DNA of 64,000 nucleotides, taken from Octopus vulgaris (lineage: Eukaryota). Numbering within the stretch: position 1 is the first letter of the stretch; every line of letters starts with the position of its first letter. Below the pieces are notes generated by a model that made no database searches, was not told where the DNA came from, and saw nothing but the letters and a program-made list of their open reading frames with translations. Positions 39,543 through 52,843 of the stretch are shown here, piece by piece. A program made the position numbers and the translations under genes. The DNA lies in contig OX597818.1 in NCBI GenBank assembly GCA_951406725.2, forward strand, positions 64,976,001 through 65,040,000. The letters are read 5' to 3'.

Positions 39543-39824
39543 TGTGTGTGTATGTAGCTGTGCGTCTAAGTATAAACAAAAAAAGATTTGCGTCTAAATA
39601 TTATCTTCCTTTCAACTTCTACATCCTTTTCTTTCTCTTAACATTTACAACAGCGAAAGCTGGTTATGTCATTTTGTCTAAACTTGAATGTATACTTTCC
39701 ACGTTCACATTTAAAATGTTGTGCTTCTATAATTTTTCTCTGATTTTACTCATTCTCGAAATCGATGGAAATATAGCGTTACGTAAACCGACTCAAGAAA
39801 TCTCTAGTGTTAGTTGTTATTTAT

Positions 39825-39864
39825 GTACCTGAATAGACCCAGAACGGGTCGAAACGCTTTCTAC
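39825..39864 (+). ncRNA. Degenerate minimal hammerhead motif
   Basis: GTAC-CTGAATA-GACCC(agaac)GGGTC-GAAAC-GCTTT-CTAC. Stem II is perfect; core G8 is mutated. Confidence 0.5.
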
Positions 39865-40456
39865 CCCATGAAGTCTATTACACATTCCATCTTCTATTGT
39901 ATTAATACTATACACACACACATATATTTGCGCGCGCGCATGTGTCTGTGTGTCTGTGGACGTTCGTGAGTGTGACAAACGGAAAGAATTCATAAGTAAA
40001 AAAGAATAGCAATCATATAAACGTACTCCCTGAATATAATGCTTTGACTGTAAGTTAAAGTTGAGCTGGGAAATTAAACGGCAAAATATCACGTATCATT
40101 ATGGTTGGATAGTGGAGGTAAGACCAGATAAGAGTAAAAGGAAGAACAAGAGATAGTTTTGAGAAAGAAAACATGAGTGGTTACATGGTCGGCGACAAAA
40201 TACAATTATCGGAGGTTAGAATAAAGTCACTAAAACGTCTCGATAAACTCCTAGTATTGCATTGGTACGGTGGTGGTAGACCTGTCAGGTTTACCAGATA
40301 CTTCGTTTCGAGGTCAAAGGGCAGCATTCCATTTTCCTATCCAAACCATGTTTTCTACCCGATGTTTACTTACTTCGCGATCCAATTTAGAAACGGAGAT
40401 ATATATTTCGAGGGGATTTGTATATATATATATATGCATATGTATATATATATATT

Positions 40457-40491
<35 letters not shown>

Positions 40492-40638
40492 GTATGTATG
40501 TATGCATGTATGTATGTATGTATGTATGTATGTATATGTGTGTGTAGATAGATATATAAATAAATATGTGCGTGTGCGCAGTCGATATTATTTATATAAC
40601 CACATATATATAATTACACACATATATATCTGTATAGC

Positions 40639-40690
<52 letters not shown>

Positions 40691-41899
40691 AAGTATAGAT
40701 TTATACACAAATGTCTGCGTTGCAGTGTACGTATATTCATGTGCTTTATTGCATGTTATCATTTGGAGATAAAAAAATATATCCAATTAAATCTGATAAA
40801 TGTGAAGTGAACGTAGCTGTTGCGATTAAAAGAATTTCACCATAAATACATTTAAAGTAAATAATGTATAAATCGCTGGATTAAAATCCAGGTGTATTTT
40901 ATTTACACTCAGTTGAAATGTTGTTATAACGATTACACATTCGCCTTATGAATTGGTCGATGTCGTAGAAGATGCAATGTTATAATTTTTATTATCTTTG
41001 TACATTTTGTAAATTCTTGTAAACATTTTGACATTAATTGCACAACTTTCATATAAATTCATTGATAAATTCCAACAAACATATTTTCTGGAATATTTTT
41101 ACTGAATAAAATGTTCAACATAATCATTTGACATAATCGTTAGAAAGCTTTTCCATTTATGTACGACGATGATGATGTATCTCTTGATAAACACTGTCGA
41201 AATAATCACAATTTAACCCAAACAAGTATTAAGAACTGTATCGGTGCAGAGTATTAATATGATATAAAATCCTTTTTATCGGAGATTTACATTCACTGAA
41301 AACGGAAATAAAAAGTAATTAGAGTTATCCCTCATATACATTTCGATGTTAATTACATAAAATTACAAAATTTTTATTTACAAATTCATTTATTGACTGA
41401 TTCAACTAGACATTCAATGTTATAAGATTGAATTTAAAAAAAAAAAGAATTGTTTTGGTGTTGGGGTGTGCTTCTCTTCCAGCTTCGTTTGTCTTTTAGA
41501 AATGTTCAAACAGAATATTTGCTCAAAAGCATGAACGTTTCAGCCTTAAGAATGTTATTTCTATACCATCGCTGTTTCGCTTTCGGAACACTTGCCTGGA
41601 ACTCGTGTAATTTCCCTATCTTGAGTCTTATGAATCTAAATCTCGGAAACTATTTAAATAAAGTCTTATGTTGGTCTTTGTCAAAGCTGTATATACCCAT
41701 CTCTCTGTTTCATAATGTGTAAGAAATACACAGGCACGCGCATTCTTTGGAGGAAGGATCGGCCAGGTGATGTTTGCAGATGATATAATACCATTGGTTA
41801 ATCAGATGGTAACGTTCACCTTCGCATTGAATGTGTTCTCTGCCAAGTACTGTAAAGCAGGGAATAGAATTAGTGGGAACGCTGGTAGCTCGCGTTAAA

Positions 41900-43100
41900 A
41901 TTCTGAATTTGAAGTTCTATAATCTGTATAGGGAAAGTAGGGCATGCTTTAAGGTGGGCGGTGCAGAAAGTGAATGGTTTGATGTGAAAATGGGGTTAAG
42001 ACAGGTTTGTGTAATGTCTTAGTGGCCGTTTAACTTATATATATATGGATGGTGTGGTGAGAGAGGTAAATGATAGAACACTTGGCAGGAGTAGTCAAAT
42101 AGGGGGTAGAGAATGAAGAGAAATAGCAGGTGAGTCACTTGTTGCTTGCTGATGATACAGCACCGGTGGCGAAATCGGAAGTGCAACTGAGAACACCGGT
42201 GGTAGAGTTTGGAAGAGAGTGTGAGAGGAGGTAACTGAAAGTGAATGTGGCTAAGAATAAGGTGACGAGATATTCGAGAGATTGAACAGCTTGTACGATG
42301 GATATGAGTATAAATAGTGGGATTTTAGAGGAGATGTGTGTTTTTAAGTATTTGGGGTTACATGTGACGGCTGAGGCCGTGAGATATAGTGTGAGGGAGA
42401 GGTGTAAGATAAGTGGAGTTGTGAAAGGTATACTTGGAGATAAAAGGTTGAGTATGAAAACGAACGGGTCTGTGTATGAGGTCGTGATTGTGCCATCAAT
42501 GTTATGTGGTGAAGAGACGTGGGTACTGAGATTGGCGGAAAAGCGGCGACTAGTTGTGTTTGACATGAGATGTCTGAGGGTTATGGTTGGTGTGTCACGG
42601 ATGGACAGGATGAGGAATGAGGAGATACGAAGACGAGCAGGAATGATAGAAAAACTAAATACCAAATTGGATATACGAATGGTGAGGTGGTTTCGATGCA
42701 TGAAGAGGATGGATGAGGGGCGGATGGTAAGGAGGGTGATGAAGATTGAAGTGGTAGGCAGTAGAACCAGACGCAGACATCGGTTTTTGTGGATGGATGG
42801 AGTGAAGAAAGCTTTAATGGTTAGAGGTATTGGAGTGAGAGAGGCAAAAGAGTTTATAAATGAGAGGAAAGCTTGGAGAGATTTTGCGGACGGATGAGTG
42901 AAATGTGATGTTGCTCAAATGGGTACGGAACCAGCATGATACGGCGAGGGTAAACCAGCATATGCTGTCGGACCCCGCTGCTGATAGTGGTGTTTGCGTT
43001 CAATATTGTGACCCGAGCATAGAACGGGGCGCACCTATTTAAGGTGGGAGATGAATGGAATGCCTGGTGTTTGTCTTGTTGGGACTACTCCCTCCTAAAA
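41900..43100 (+). mobile_element. RTE-clade LINE, 5'-truncated RT and C-terminal region, degenerate
   Basis: SEWFDVKMGLRQVCVMS*W.FN, LLLADD, LKVNVAKNK, FKYLG, YEVVIVPSMLCGEETW, MRCLR, RMRNEEIRRR, RWF, W.DGVK. Confidence 0.9.
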
Positions 43101-43117
43101 AATGGAGAAAAGGCCAG

Positions 43118-43156
<39 letters not shown>

Positions 43157-43333
43157 TTGAAATTCTATGTATCACTTTTAATTTGAAACTCGACATAGAT
43201 AACCAGCTATTGAAATATCGTTCAATCAATAAGATATATATTGCAATCGCATCGTGCACTTTGTATCATCTATCTACCTTTACGAGGATTTACGTCAATC
43301 CTTTTGAAATAATAAAAAATAATAATAATAATA

Positions 43334-43387
<54 letters not shown>

Positions 43388-43388
43388 T

Positions 43389-44030
43389 TAGACAGTTTAT
43401 GGATTTACCAAAGAAATAGATATGAAATTTGGATTAGAAAAATGCGCCAAAGTAACCCTGAAAAGAGGAAAACTAGTTAAGAGTAGCAACATCACACTAG
43501 ATAAAACCAATGAAATAAAAGAATTAGACCAAAGCCAAACTTACAAATACTTAGGAATCCATGAACTAGATAAGACACAACACACACAAATGAAAGAGAA
43601 AATAAAAAAAGAATATTATAGACGAGTTAGATCAATACTAAAAACAGAGCTCAATGCTAACAACACGATAATAGGTAATAACACTTTAGCTGTCCCTATT
43701 ATAAGTTACAGCTACAATATCCTTAACTGGACACTAAATGAACTGACCAAAATAGATAGGAAAACAAGAAAAATAATGACAGGATCTAGGATGCATCACC
43801 CAAAATCTGACATAGAGATACTATATATACAACGTATAGAAGGTGGTAGAGGCTTTATACAGCTGGAAATCTACTATAAAATAACCACCATTGGACTGCA
43901 AAAATATCTACTTCAGAAGGAAGGAAAACTGATACAAATAGCGGTAAAACACGAGCAAAACAAAAAACTGTTCTCAGTATTTAAGGAAGCTGACAAATAC
44001 AAACAAGAAATCATACCACCTAATAAATAT
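43389..44030 (+). mobile_element. Dong/R4-type LINE RT and thumb fragment following an (AAT)n tract
   Basis: ORF 43422 reads MKFGLEKCAK...YKYLG...YYRRVRSILKTELN...LAVP...W...IDRKTRK...HHPKSD..LY..R..GGRG. It ends in a (GAA)n-like tract. Confidence 0.9.
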
Positions 44031-45537
44031 GAAGAAGAAGGAGAGGAAGAAGAAGAAGAAGAAGAACAAGAACAAGAACAAGAACAAGAACAACAAGAAG
44101 AACAAGAAGAAGAAGAAGAAATGGAACAAGAAGTGGAACAAGAAACATTTATAGAAGTTACATAGGAAATGATACGAGGAACGATAAAATCCCATGATTT
44201 TCCCTAATTTTCTTCTTATATGTATATATATATATGTGTGTATGTATGTGTGTGTGTGTGTTTGTGTATGTATGTGTGTGTGTGTGTATGTGTGAGAGAT
44301 TTATTATTGTTTAGATAAATAAATGAAATACAATTATCAACAGGTAGTAAGGCACTGAAGAAAAATTGCAAGCCAAAGGTGAGCTAGTGCGTAAAACATT
44401 GGTGTGTACAAATAAAGTTTCACAGATGTTAGACATAAAAAGTAAATAAATTTCAATACACAAAATGGTGAATATCGTTGTGAGTTTTTTCAATGAAATT
44501 TTAGACCAAATATTTTTAAAATGCTCTGAAAAATACACTTTCAAACTTTCATAAGCTGAAGGACAAAGAACACCGGTCGGTATAATTTGATTATTTCCTA
44601 CCGCAAAACTTCTTTTAACAATATCATGCGCAAAAATTTATTCACCTAAACTTTTCTTTTATATGAAAAGTTTTTTTCTACACGAAAACTTTTTAGTAAT
44701 AGGTGTTTCTCTCTCTTTTCTGGGTATGCGTAAAACTGAACTTGCGAAAATATACATTAATATTTCTAGTTTTGTAGTAACATTTTTGTATAAAAACTTT
44801 TGTTAGGTTAAAATATTTTTATATTTACTCTCCTACGTATAGATCTATCATATGAATGTTTACATCCTGCGTTAAAAAATATAACTCGCTTTACTTAAAC
44901 AGATATATGTATAAAACTTTAACATATTTTCAAACCATTCTTAATATTTTACTCATATACACTTACATCCACCTATATATTGTTAAATATACATGTTTTT
45001 TTTGAGAGTATATATGTATGTATATTTATGAGTATATATGTATGTATATATGTATATATGGATATATATATATATAAATGTGTACAAGCATATGTGTAAA
45101 TATATATATGCTTATAAATTTATATACGTATGTGTGTATGTATATACTTTTGGGGGTTTGTTTGTCTGTCAGTATGTGTCTGTGATATATATATATATAT
45201 AATTGCATAAAACATCGCGTACGCAGTCACAGATATACAATGTTATATTTAGGTAAATAGATAATAGATAGAGACACACATATGCATTTCTTTTCATCTT
45301 GCTTTCTAGCGAAACCGTTCGATAGTGGAACAGTTTTCCGATTAATATACCAGTTCATTAAGTTACAAATCACTGAGGAAGGATCGAATGAATTATAGAT
45401 GATTATATACAAATTGATTAGCCATAAATATTGGAGTCGCTAATTAATGTGGTTCAATTACATGCAGCTACTGAAACAGTTACCCGTTTGTTGATATTGC
45501 TTGGATTTAAGAACGGCTTTAATTCCAACACAGTACA

Positions 45538-45660
45538 AGGCGGCGAGCTGATAAAAACGTGAAAACGCTGGGCAAAATGCTTAGCCGTATTTCGTCTGTC
45601 TTTACGTTCTGAGTTCAAATTCAACAGAGGTTGAGCTTTGTGCCTAGAGTAATAAATTAG
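45538..45660 (+). mobile_element. SINE family B, internally deleted
   Basis: aggcggcgagctg...tacgttctgagttcaaatt. Confidence 0.75.
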
Positions 45661-46989
45661 AAATATTTGGTGTATAAAACTAAGTATAAATACATCTGCT
45701 GACACATGATTTTATTCGAATATATATTACGTTGCTAATGATAGAGTAGTTTACTATACAAGAAATACGATATGTTCAACGACAAAATGCAATAATACCG
45801 TTGTGGGAATGAGAAATTTCGACACTCATAAACAGAATATATTTGGTTGGCATAAACTCGGTTAATACAGTGCAGATACAATAATAAAATGTTATCATTA
45901 ACAGATAATTATGTCATACCAACAAGGACCAAATCTGGAATTCTTTTCCAAATTTCCGAAAGTTAGGATAGAAGTGAATTTATATTATATAGCATGTATA
46001 TGCATAACTAAGAATTTATGCTCAGCAACAAGATAGAATTCAAATATGGAGTTGTTTTAAAATTATGAAAATATGTAAATTGTTTTGTTATGTTACTTTT
46101 AATATTTTACCAAATTATTTCTTGAAAATGTTTCAAAATTTAAATTTTCGATGTGATCCTTGATTCGAATTGCATTTAATGATGTGGGTGAAACAGATTT
46201 ATGATATTTAACCACGCAAAAGTGCAGAAAATTCTTAGCTTTAGTATATATGAAAGACACAAAGTAAATGTGTGTTATTTATCAGAATAATGAATGTCGA
46301 AATATTTTTATAGTTCAGTCTCCATACCAAAATTCCAGTGAGCTTTTATTAGCTTTTCTATTTGGGAGAAGTGTAGAAGTGTATAGAAACTTGGCTAAAA
46401 TATTTTTAACTAAACTTCTGTAAATTTCAAAGTAAATGATTTGTATTTAATCGTTTAAATTTTGTTTTATTTCTTTTGATCTGTTAGAAGCAATAGCGGT
46501 TTTCATTTCGCGTTCAACAGGACAAAAGAAATCCTGTGCTTTATTTAGAAACTGAGTGATGTCTAAAAAATCTACTATACCTAGATTATTGGCTATTATG
46601 CTCGCTCATACTAATCATTAAATGCAGATAGGATATAAAAACTTGGTATGTTTTGTGGTGATATAGCAGGCTATATAAAAATCTCATTTTTATAACATTT
46701 ATATCTGGATTTTTGGCTTAATACTCTCTTTCAGGTTTATTATTTCTATCATATCTTTTGATAAAGAGATAGTTTATTTTATGACAACGGATGTTTACAA
46801 TATATTACTGACCGAATGGCAGGGCTGTGTAAATTGAATATATAGCATGTGGGTGTATTATTGTCATTGTGTAGAACATATGCCTTCAGTTACAAACTTT
46901 CGCACGTAAATTCGTACTTTTTTTATTGAATTTTCTATCATGGAACTTTATATGTGTGTGTATTTTGATATTTTCCTTAGGCATTGTGA

Positions 46990-47262
46990 AAAAAAGACCA
47001 ATAACCTGGAGAAAAAGTGTCGAACCTCCTTCGGTCGTGCATGACCATGGGATTGCAACTGGAAAATTACTCTCCGAAGTACAATTCCGCGTAAGGTGGT
47101 TCATGGAGGACCAGACTTTCTTTCTACAGATGAGTGGACAGGAGCAACGTGAAATAAAGTGTTTTGGTTAAGGACTCGTCACTCAACCCATTAGGGGTAT
47201 CGAATTCCCTGCCTCGTGATTATGAGCCCAACGCTCAAACTACTGAGCCATTGAGCTACACC
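46990..47262 (-). mobile_element. Old SINE related to family C, with a different 3' tail
   Basis: gagtggacaggagcaacgtgaaataaagtg core shared with the 37060-37095 segment. Confidence 0.6.
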
Positions 47263-47540
47263 TGGAGTAGATCTCAATTTGCGTAAGCTTTATAGAGATG
47301 TGTTAGACGAGTTATAGAGCATTAATAAGATACTCAGATACTGAAGGAATACATGAGTATCATATGAAACTCAATGATAATATATTATTTACATTATTTA
47401 CATTTGACGGATATCTGTCCTCATCTTCTTTGTTGTTAACACAACAGTGCTATCTCCAGTCTTCCAGTCTTCAAATGTCATGGGTTAATTTCGAACCATG
47501 GTTCTCATTCCTAAGGTATTTTTCGATGTTATTATTATTT

Positions 47541-48311
47541 CTTTTCTCCTTCTTTCTTCAAATTTTCTTCCGTTTCTCTCCGAGTGTTTTCCATACACCT
47601 AGGGCAGAGAAGCTCATTGTTATTATAATGTTTTTCATTCTTTCTTCAAATTTTCTTCCGTTTCTCTCCGAGTGTTTTCCATACACCTAGGGCAGAGAAG
47701 CTCATTGTTATTATAATGTTTTTTCATTCTTTCTTCAAATTTTCTTCCGTTTCTCTCCGAGTGTTTTCCATACACCTAGGGAAGAGAAGCTCATTGTATG
47801 CATTCCCAGATTACACACGCAAATTCACAGATAAAATATGTATTTAAAAATTAATAAATAAATAAATTCATGGATGGATGTTGTTTTCACAGCGATAATG
47901 CTCTTCTCAGTACATGAGCCATTCCTGTTAATACGATTTTTTCCACTTCCTGTAGGGATGGTAAGTCTGGAATCATTTTCAAATAGGTTTCAATACCTTT
48001 TTTTTATCATTCCTAGAGATCCTACAATCACTGGTACTGTAGTCGCCTTGAGATGCCACATTTTTTTCAATTTCTATCAGAAGGTCTTTATATTTACTAA
48101 TCTTGTCAAATTCTTTCGCCGCAATATTGTGATCGCAAGGGATACTCATGTCAATTAATAAACACATCTTGTTTGTCTGATCTTTTATAATAATATCCGG
48201 TTTATTAGCTTTAATAGTCTTGTCAATCTGTACGGGGAAGTCCCATAGAATCGACACATTTTCTCCCTCAGTCACAGCTTCAGGATGGTGTTTGTACCAT
48301 TTGTCAGCGGT
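47541..48311 (-). mobile_element. Dong/R4-type LINE 3' fragment (RLE domain) with triplicated 3' terminus
   Basis: ORF 47979-48368 reads WYKHHPE...ILWDFPVQIDKTIKANKPDIII..LIDMSIP...KISKYKDL. An 88-89 bp unit repeats three times at 47550-47797. Confidence 0.9.
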
Positions 48312-48337
48312 TTTATTATTATTATTATTATTATTAC

Positions 48338-49710
48338 TTTTTTTTTCTTCTTTCAAATTTGCTTCCATTTCTTGCCGAGTGTCTTCCCGACTCCTAGGGC
48401 AAAGAAACTCATAGTATACATTGGTAGGCCATTAAACCAAACTCAGTAGTTCGTTCATTTTTTTTTTTTAAATACATAAGCAGCAACAGTTCTCACATCG
48501 ACAATGCTCTTCTCAATACGTGTGATGTACCAGTTAAGACAATCTTTTGCACTTCTTGCAGGGATGGTAAGCCAGGGATCATTCTCATATAATTTTCGGT
48601 TCCCTTCTTGATCATTCCTAGTGCTCCTACGATCACTGGTATCGTAACCGCCTTGAGATGCCACCTTTTCTCAATTTCAATGAGTAGGTCTTTATATTTT
48701 CTGAGCTTGTCAAACTCTTTCGCTGAGATATTATGATCACAGGGGATGCTCATGTCGATCAATAAGCAAACTTTATTGTTTTGGTCTTTCACAACAATAT
48801 CTGGTTTATTGGCCTTGATGGTTCGGTCTGTATGTACTGGAAAGTCCCACAGAATGGTTACATTTTCTCCTTCAGTTACAGCCTCAGGGTGGTGATTATA
48901 CCACTTGTCGGCAGTTTGATATTGTAATGCCGACTTATTAGCCAGTGGAGATATTGGTCAAATCTGTCATGTCTTAATTTATACTCCACTGGTGCTAAGA
49001 CTTTACATCCAGAGATTAGGTGATCCACTGTTTCAATCATGTCGTTGCAGAATCGGCATTTTGGGTCTGCTCCATTTTTCATCACATTGGCCTGGTAGTT
49101 CCGGGTTAATAGGCTTTGATCTTGAGCAGCCAGGATGAAACCTTCGCTCTCTGCTTTTAGCCCTGAGCTCCATAGCCACTGATGGGTTTGCTTCTGGTCA
49201 ACATCAGCTTGTTTGCTGCGGGTCACATATTTGCCGTGCAGAGGTTTCTCCTCCCACCTATCAGCCAATTGCTCGTGCGCTTTTTTCATTGCCATAATTT
49301 TCACCTTCTTTGCAACAATAGTTGCCGTACTTCCCTCAGGTTGTTAAGTTTGGGTATCCTGCACGAGATCAATAGCAAATTTTTTGCTTTCCTTTATGAT
49401 AGAATGAAGCTTCTTTCGTCTCTCGTGATTTTCCACGAGCTTTAGCATCCAGTCATTCGATATTTCGAGATATTTGGCCAGTCCAATTGTGGTTGTTTTG
49501 TATGCTAGTTCAAATTGGATCAGGCCTCGATCTCCTTGGGCTCCGGGAAGGTAAAGGCGATCTACGTCTGCCTTTGGGTGGTGCATCCTATTACAACTCA
49601 GCAGCTTGCGTATTTTCCTATCTATATTCTTTACTTCACTCATATTCCAGTTCAACACATTGTAGCTATAAGTAACAACTGGAACTGCTAAGGAATTTAT
49701 AGCTAACACC

Positions 49711-49711
<1 letters not shown>
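48338..49711 (-). mobile_element. Dong/R4-type LINE, 5'-truncated (RT C-terminus, CCHC knuckle, RLE, 3' UTR)
   Basis: HHPKADVDRLY; CRFC...ETVDHLISGC; RHD; ANKPDIV; LIDMSIP; PVIVGALG. Bounded by (AAT)n on both sides. Confidence 0.93.
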
Positions 49712-49799
<88 letters not shown>

Positions 49800-49906
49800 A
49801 TTATCATTATTAGTATTATGATTATTATTATTCAAGTCACTGCCTAGAATCGAACTCGGAATCTTGATGCTAGTAGCCCGAGCTCTTAACCACTACGCCA
49901 TATGCG

Positions 49907-49947
49907 CTGATGAAGCCTGGATGGTATATCAGCCGAAACGTTTTGTT
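49907..49947 (+). ncRNA. Hammerhead core of family H, truncated at the 5' strand of stem I
   Basis: CTGATGA-A-GCCTG(gatggtatat)CAGCC-GAAAC-GTT. Confidence 0.65.
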
Positions 49948-51519
49948 AAAAACAAGCAATATGAAGACAAATATCCGTGCAATGTTAATAATGTAAATGA
50001 TGTACATAATTCCTCATCTCAAATATAGAATTGCATGATGATAAATGTGTTATTTCTTTGTAATCTCGTTTTCTGTTTATATATATATATATATGGTACA
50101 GAGAGTGGGTTAGCTTTGATAACAGCTGTTTAAAAGCTATTCCTAAAGTGACACGCGAACAATTGTTCTGAAGAATTTTACTGCCACTATTTCTATAACT
50201 CTTCTTAATCACCAGTATATGGCAACCTGCCCATCTTTCTATTGTAACAACAGCTTGTAAAAACGTTTGACTCTTTTATACATAAACAAAGATGGGTGCA
50301 AACATCTGTGCGTGTATGGACTCTCCAAAACCATCCAGCAAAATACATTTGTATTATGAAAGAAAAAACTCTCTGAAACCACACGCTTTTCTATCACCGG
50401 AATTTGTTTTCACAGGTGGAAAGTGATAATTTCTCTAACCAGTTCCTACATCCAGTCCCCTTTCAACTATTGAAAGGTACGAATGCGTTCCGGTTACGAC
50501 AATGGATTTGTAAGTGACAGGCAGAAATGTACCCGAAAAGAACAAACATTGAACACATTTGTAACACTCTAAATTTACATATAACGCATTCAATAAGTCT
50601 TTTGGATCGTATGTGGTACGTACACCAACAAACGTATCACAGCTTTGCAAAATGTTAGATTTAGATTATATAAACCAATTCAGAAGCTTATTTAAATTAA
50701 GAAAATGAGATTATTAGCAGATATTAGGTAATTATACATATAATTTATAAACTTGGAGACATTTTATCTTTCAGTCTCAAAAGACATTTATAACTTCTTT
50801 CAGAGGAATTCTATTCTGAAAATAATTAAATAAATCATTAACATACATAGATTGTGACAAAAGTTAGTAGATATCTTGAAGGTAATCAGTTAAGTTACTA
50901 ACTGATGAATGAACATCTAAACAATCTCCCGCTCTAAGTGATTGGATACCCGAAATTTTCTGGTAGACATCTCGTAGACCCTAAAGAACTATTAAATGCT
51001 GTAGTGTAAGGTGAATTATAATAGTGCCCCAAAAGCTCGGAAAAAACGTAATGGATAGATCTTTGATGAATTCTGCGATTTGGAGCCGACATCTGTTAAT
51101 CGACTGCAATAATTCAGCGGTTAATCTAGATATTGCCAGCCCTAGGAATCATAAAGTCGATCATTAGGCTTCCTCAGCGTACACATGACTGAAAATATAA
51201 TATCCCTCTAGATGGGACGCTGCTGTATTGCAGGAGTGAACGCCTACAGCTTTTGAGGAATGTGACAGGTCGACTACATCAATTCTAGTAGTTGATGGAT
51301 ATTTCATTTTATCAACCCTGAAATAATGAATGACAAAGGGGGCCTCAGCGTAATTTGATCTCATTACTTAAAGAGCTGGAGGAAAATGTCGCTACATATT
51401 TTTTCCAGCACGCTGATTTAGTAGATCTATGGCATTCCTGATTTCCTTTTGTTCAGAATTTCATATCTGAAATGTAAACGCACCCTATGGAATCAATCTA
51501 GTTATTTCAACTTGGCAAT

Positions 51520-51845
51520 CTCAGCCGTGGAACTCCGATCAATAGAATAGCTTACTCGTGAAATTAACGTGCAAGTGGCTGAGCACTCCACAGATGCGTG
51601 TACCCTTAACGAAGTTCTCGGGGATATTCAGTGTGACAAGGCTGGCCCTTTGAAATACAGGCACAGCAGAAACAGGAAGAAAGATAGTTATGTTGAAAGA
51701 ATACATCAGTTTTCGCCTCCACCTACTCCTCGAGCTTCGTGGAGATTTAGGTGTTTTCGCTCAACAAACACTCACAACGCCCGGTCTGGGAATCGAAACT
51801 GCGAACTTATGACCGCGAGTCCGCTGCCCTAAACACTAAGCCACC
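51520..51845 (-). mobile_element. SINE with family D head and a different 3' tail
   Basis: Head matches the 24241 copy (gggaatcgaaac.gcga...gaccgcgagtccg). Tail ctcgtgaaattaacgtgcaagtggctgagcactcc is also seen as a remnant at about 22214-22285. Confidence 0.8.
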
Positions 51846-52843
51846 TGCATATTAAGTGAAACATATATACTGAGTTGTTGCCTTTAATGTGTAAGTTATT
51901 GCAAATAATTATTTCGTGAATTAGTGAAGAATTTCTTTTAATATCTTGCATATTTAACATAGTTGGCCCTTAATTCTAAATGTTCGTGTGTGCAAGAGTG
52001 CGTGCATGAACAAATAATTTCTCATTTACGAAAGCTTATTTCTTCAGGATTTCAGCTCAAAAATTATAAATATAAAATCTCGACTTCGTACACAGCATGA
52101 TTTTCCATGAATTAATCTTATGTAGTAAACAGTTGTTATATGCAATAGAAGCAGTATTGGATTAATTAGTCATTTATATATCGTAGGTCATGTAAATCAC
52201 GAGTTCAGGTGATCGACGAGAACATCGAATCTTGTTAAACATCACTATTCACAATGCGCTTTGCATCGTTTAACTTTCGAATGATGCTCCTGAACTTGCT
52301 AGGCAAACAGGCCACTTCAAATACAATATATTGTAAAGTGAAAACTCTTTGGGTACGTTCGTCGTTCTGCTATACATCGTCTTTACAGACAATATATAGT
52401 AGAAGCAGGCGAAGTTTCATCCCAGAAGCGGTGTAGCGAGAATGCTAGACGTATTTCTGCGTCGTTGGCCATTGTGAATAGCGCGTACTCACTGGTACCA
52501 GCAAAACAGACGAACTACATTGCAATCGATACGGGTAAATAGTTAATAAATCATATTTGGAGATCGAATAATTATCCGGTGAATTAAAACAGGCTACATG
52601 CAACGATATTAGTACAGGATGTGGCAGAAAAGTTGCCAGCTTTCAAATGCCAAACACAAAAGATACAACAAACAAGGATGCTCGCTACTCCAGGCCTGGA
52701 AGATAAAATAAAATGGCATTTCATAACCTTCATAGAAGTACAACGTTTCTTCATGCATTTTCATGTTTATGTCTTATTAACCTTTGAAATCAGGGTGACC
52801 TTTCTGCGTCAGCTTGTATTAGATTCAATTAACATTTATACAT

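Larger units (their letters stand above)
47385..50033 (-). mobile_element. SINE family H disrupted by two Dong insertions, plus inverted tail copy
   Basis: Tail 47385-47527 (-), head 49833-49905 (-) with A box TGGCGTAGTGG and B box GTTCGATTC, and inverted tail 49907-50033 (+). Confidence 0.85.

Noticed and set aside
44030-44165. Glu/Gln-rich C-terminus of ORF 43422
   Set aside because: It is read-through of a LINE fragment into a (GAA)/(GAACAA) microsatellite.
47550-47797. CRISPR-like regular repeats
   Set aside because: The units have no unique spacers, the context is eukaryotic, and they are a LINE 3' UTR duplication.
49833-49905. Possible tRNA gene (also 22861, 24480, 34245 and 37120)
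   Set aside because: There is no proper acceptor stem and each continues into a SINE body; these are SINE heads.
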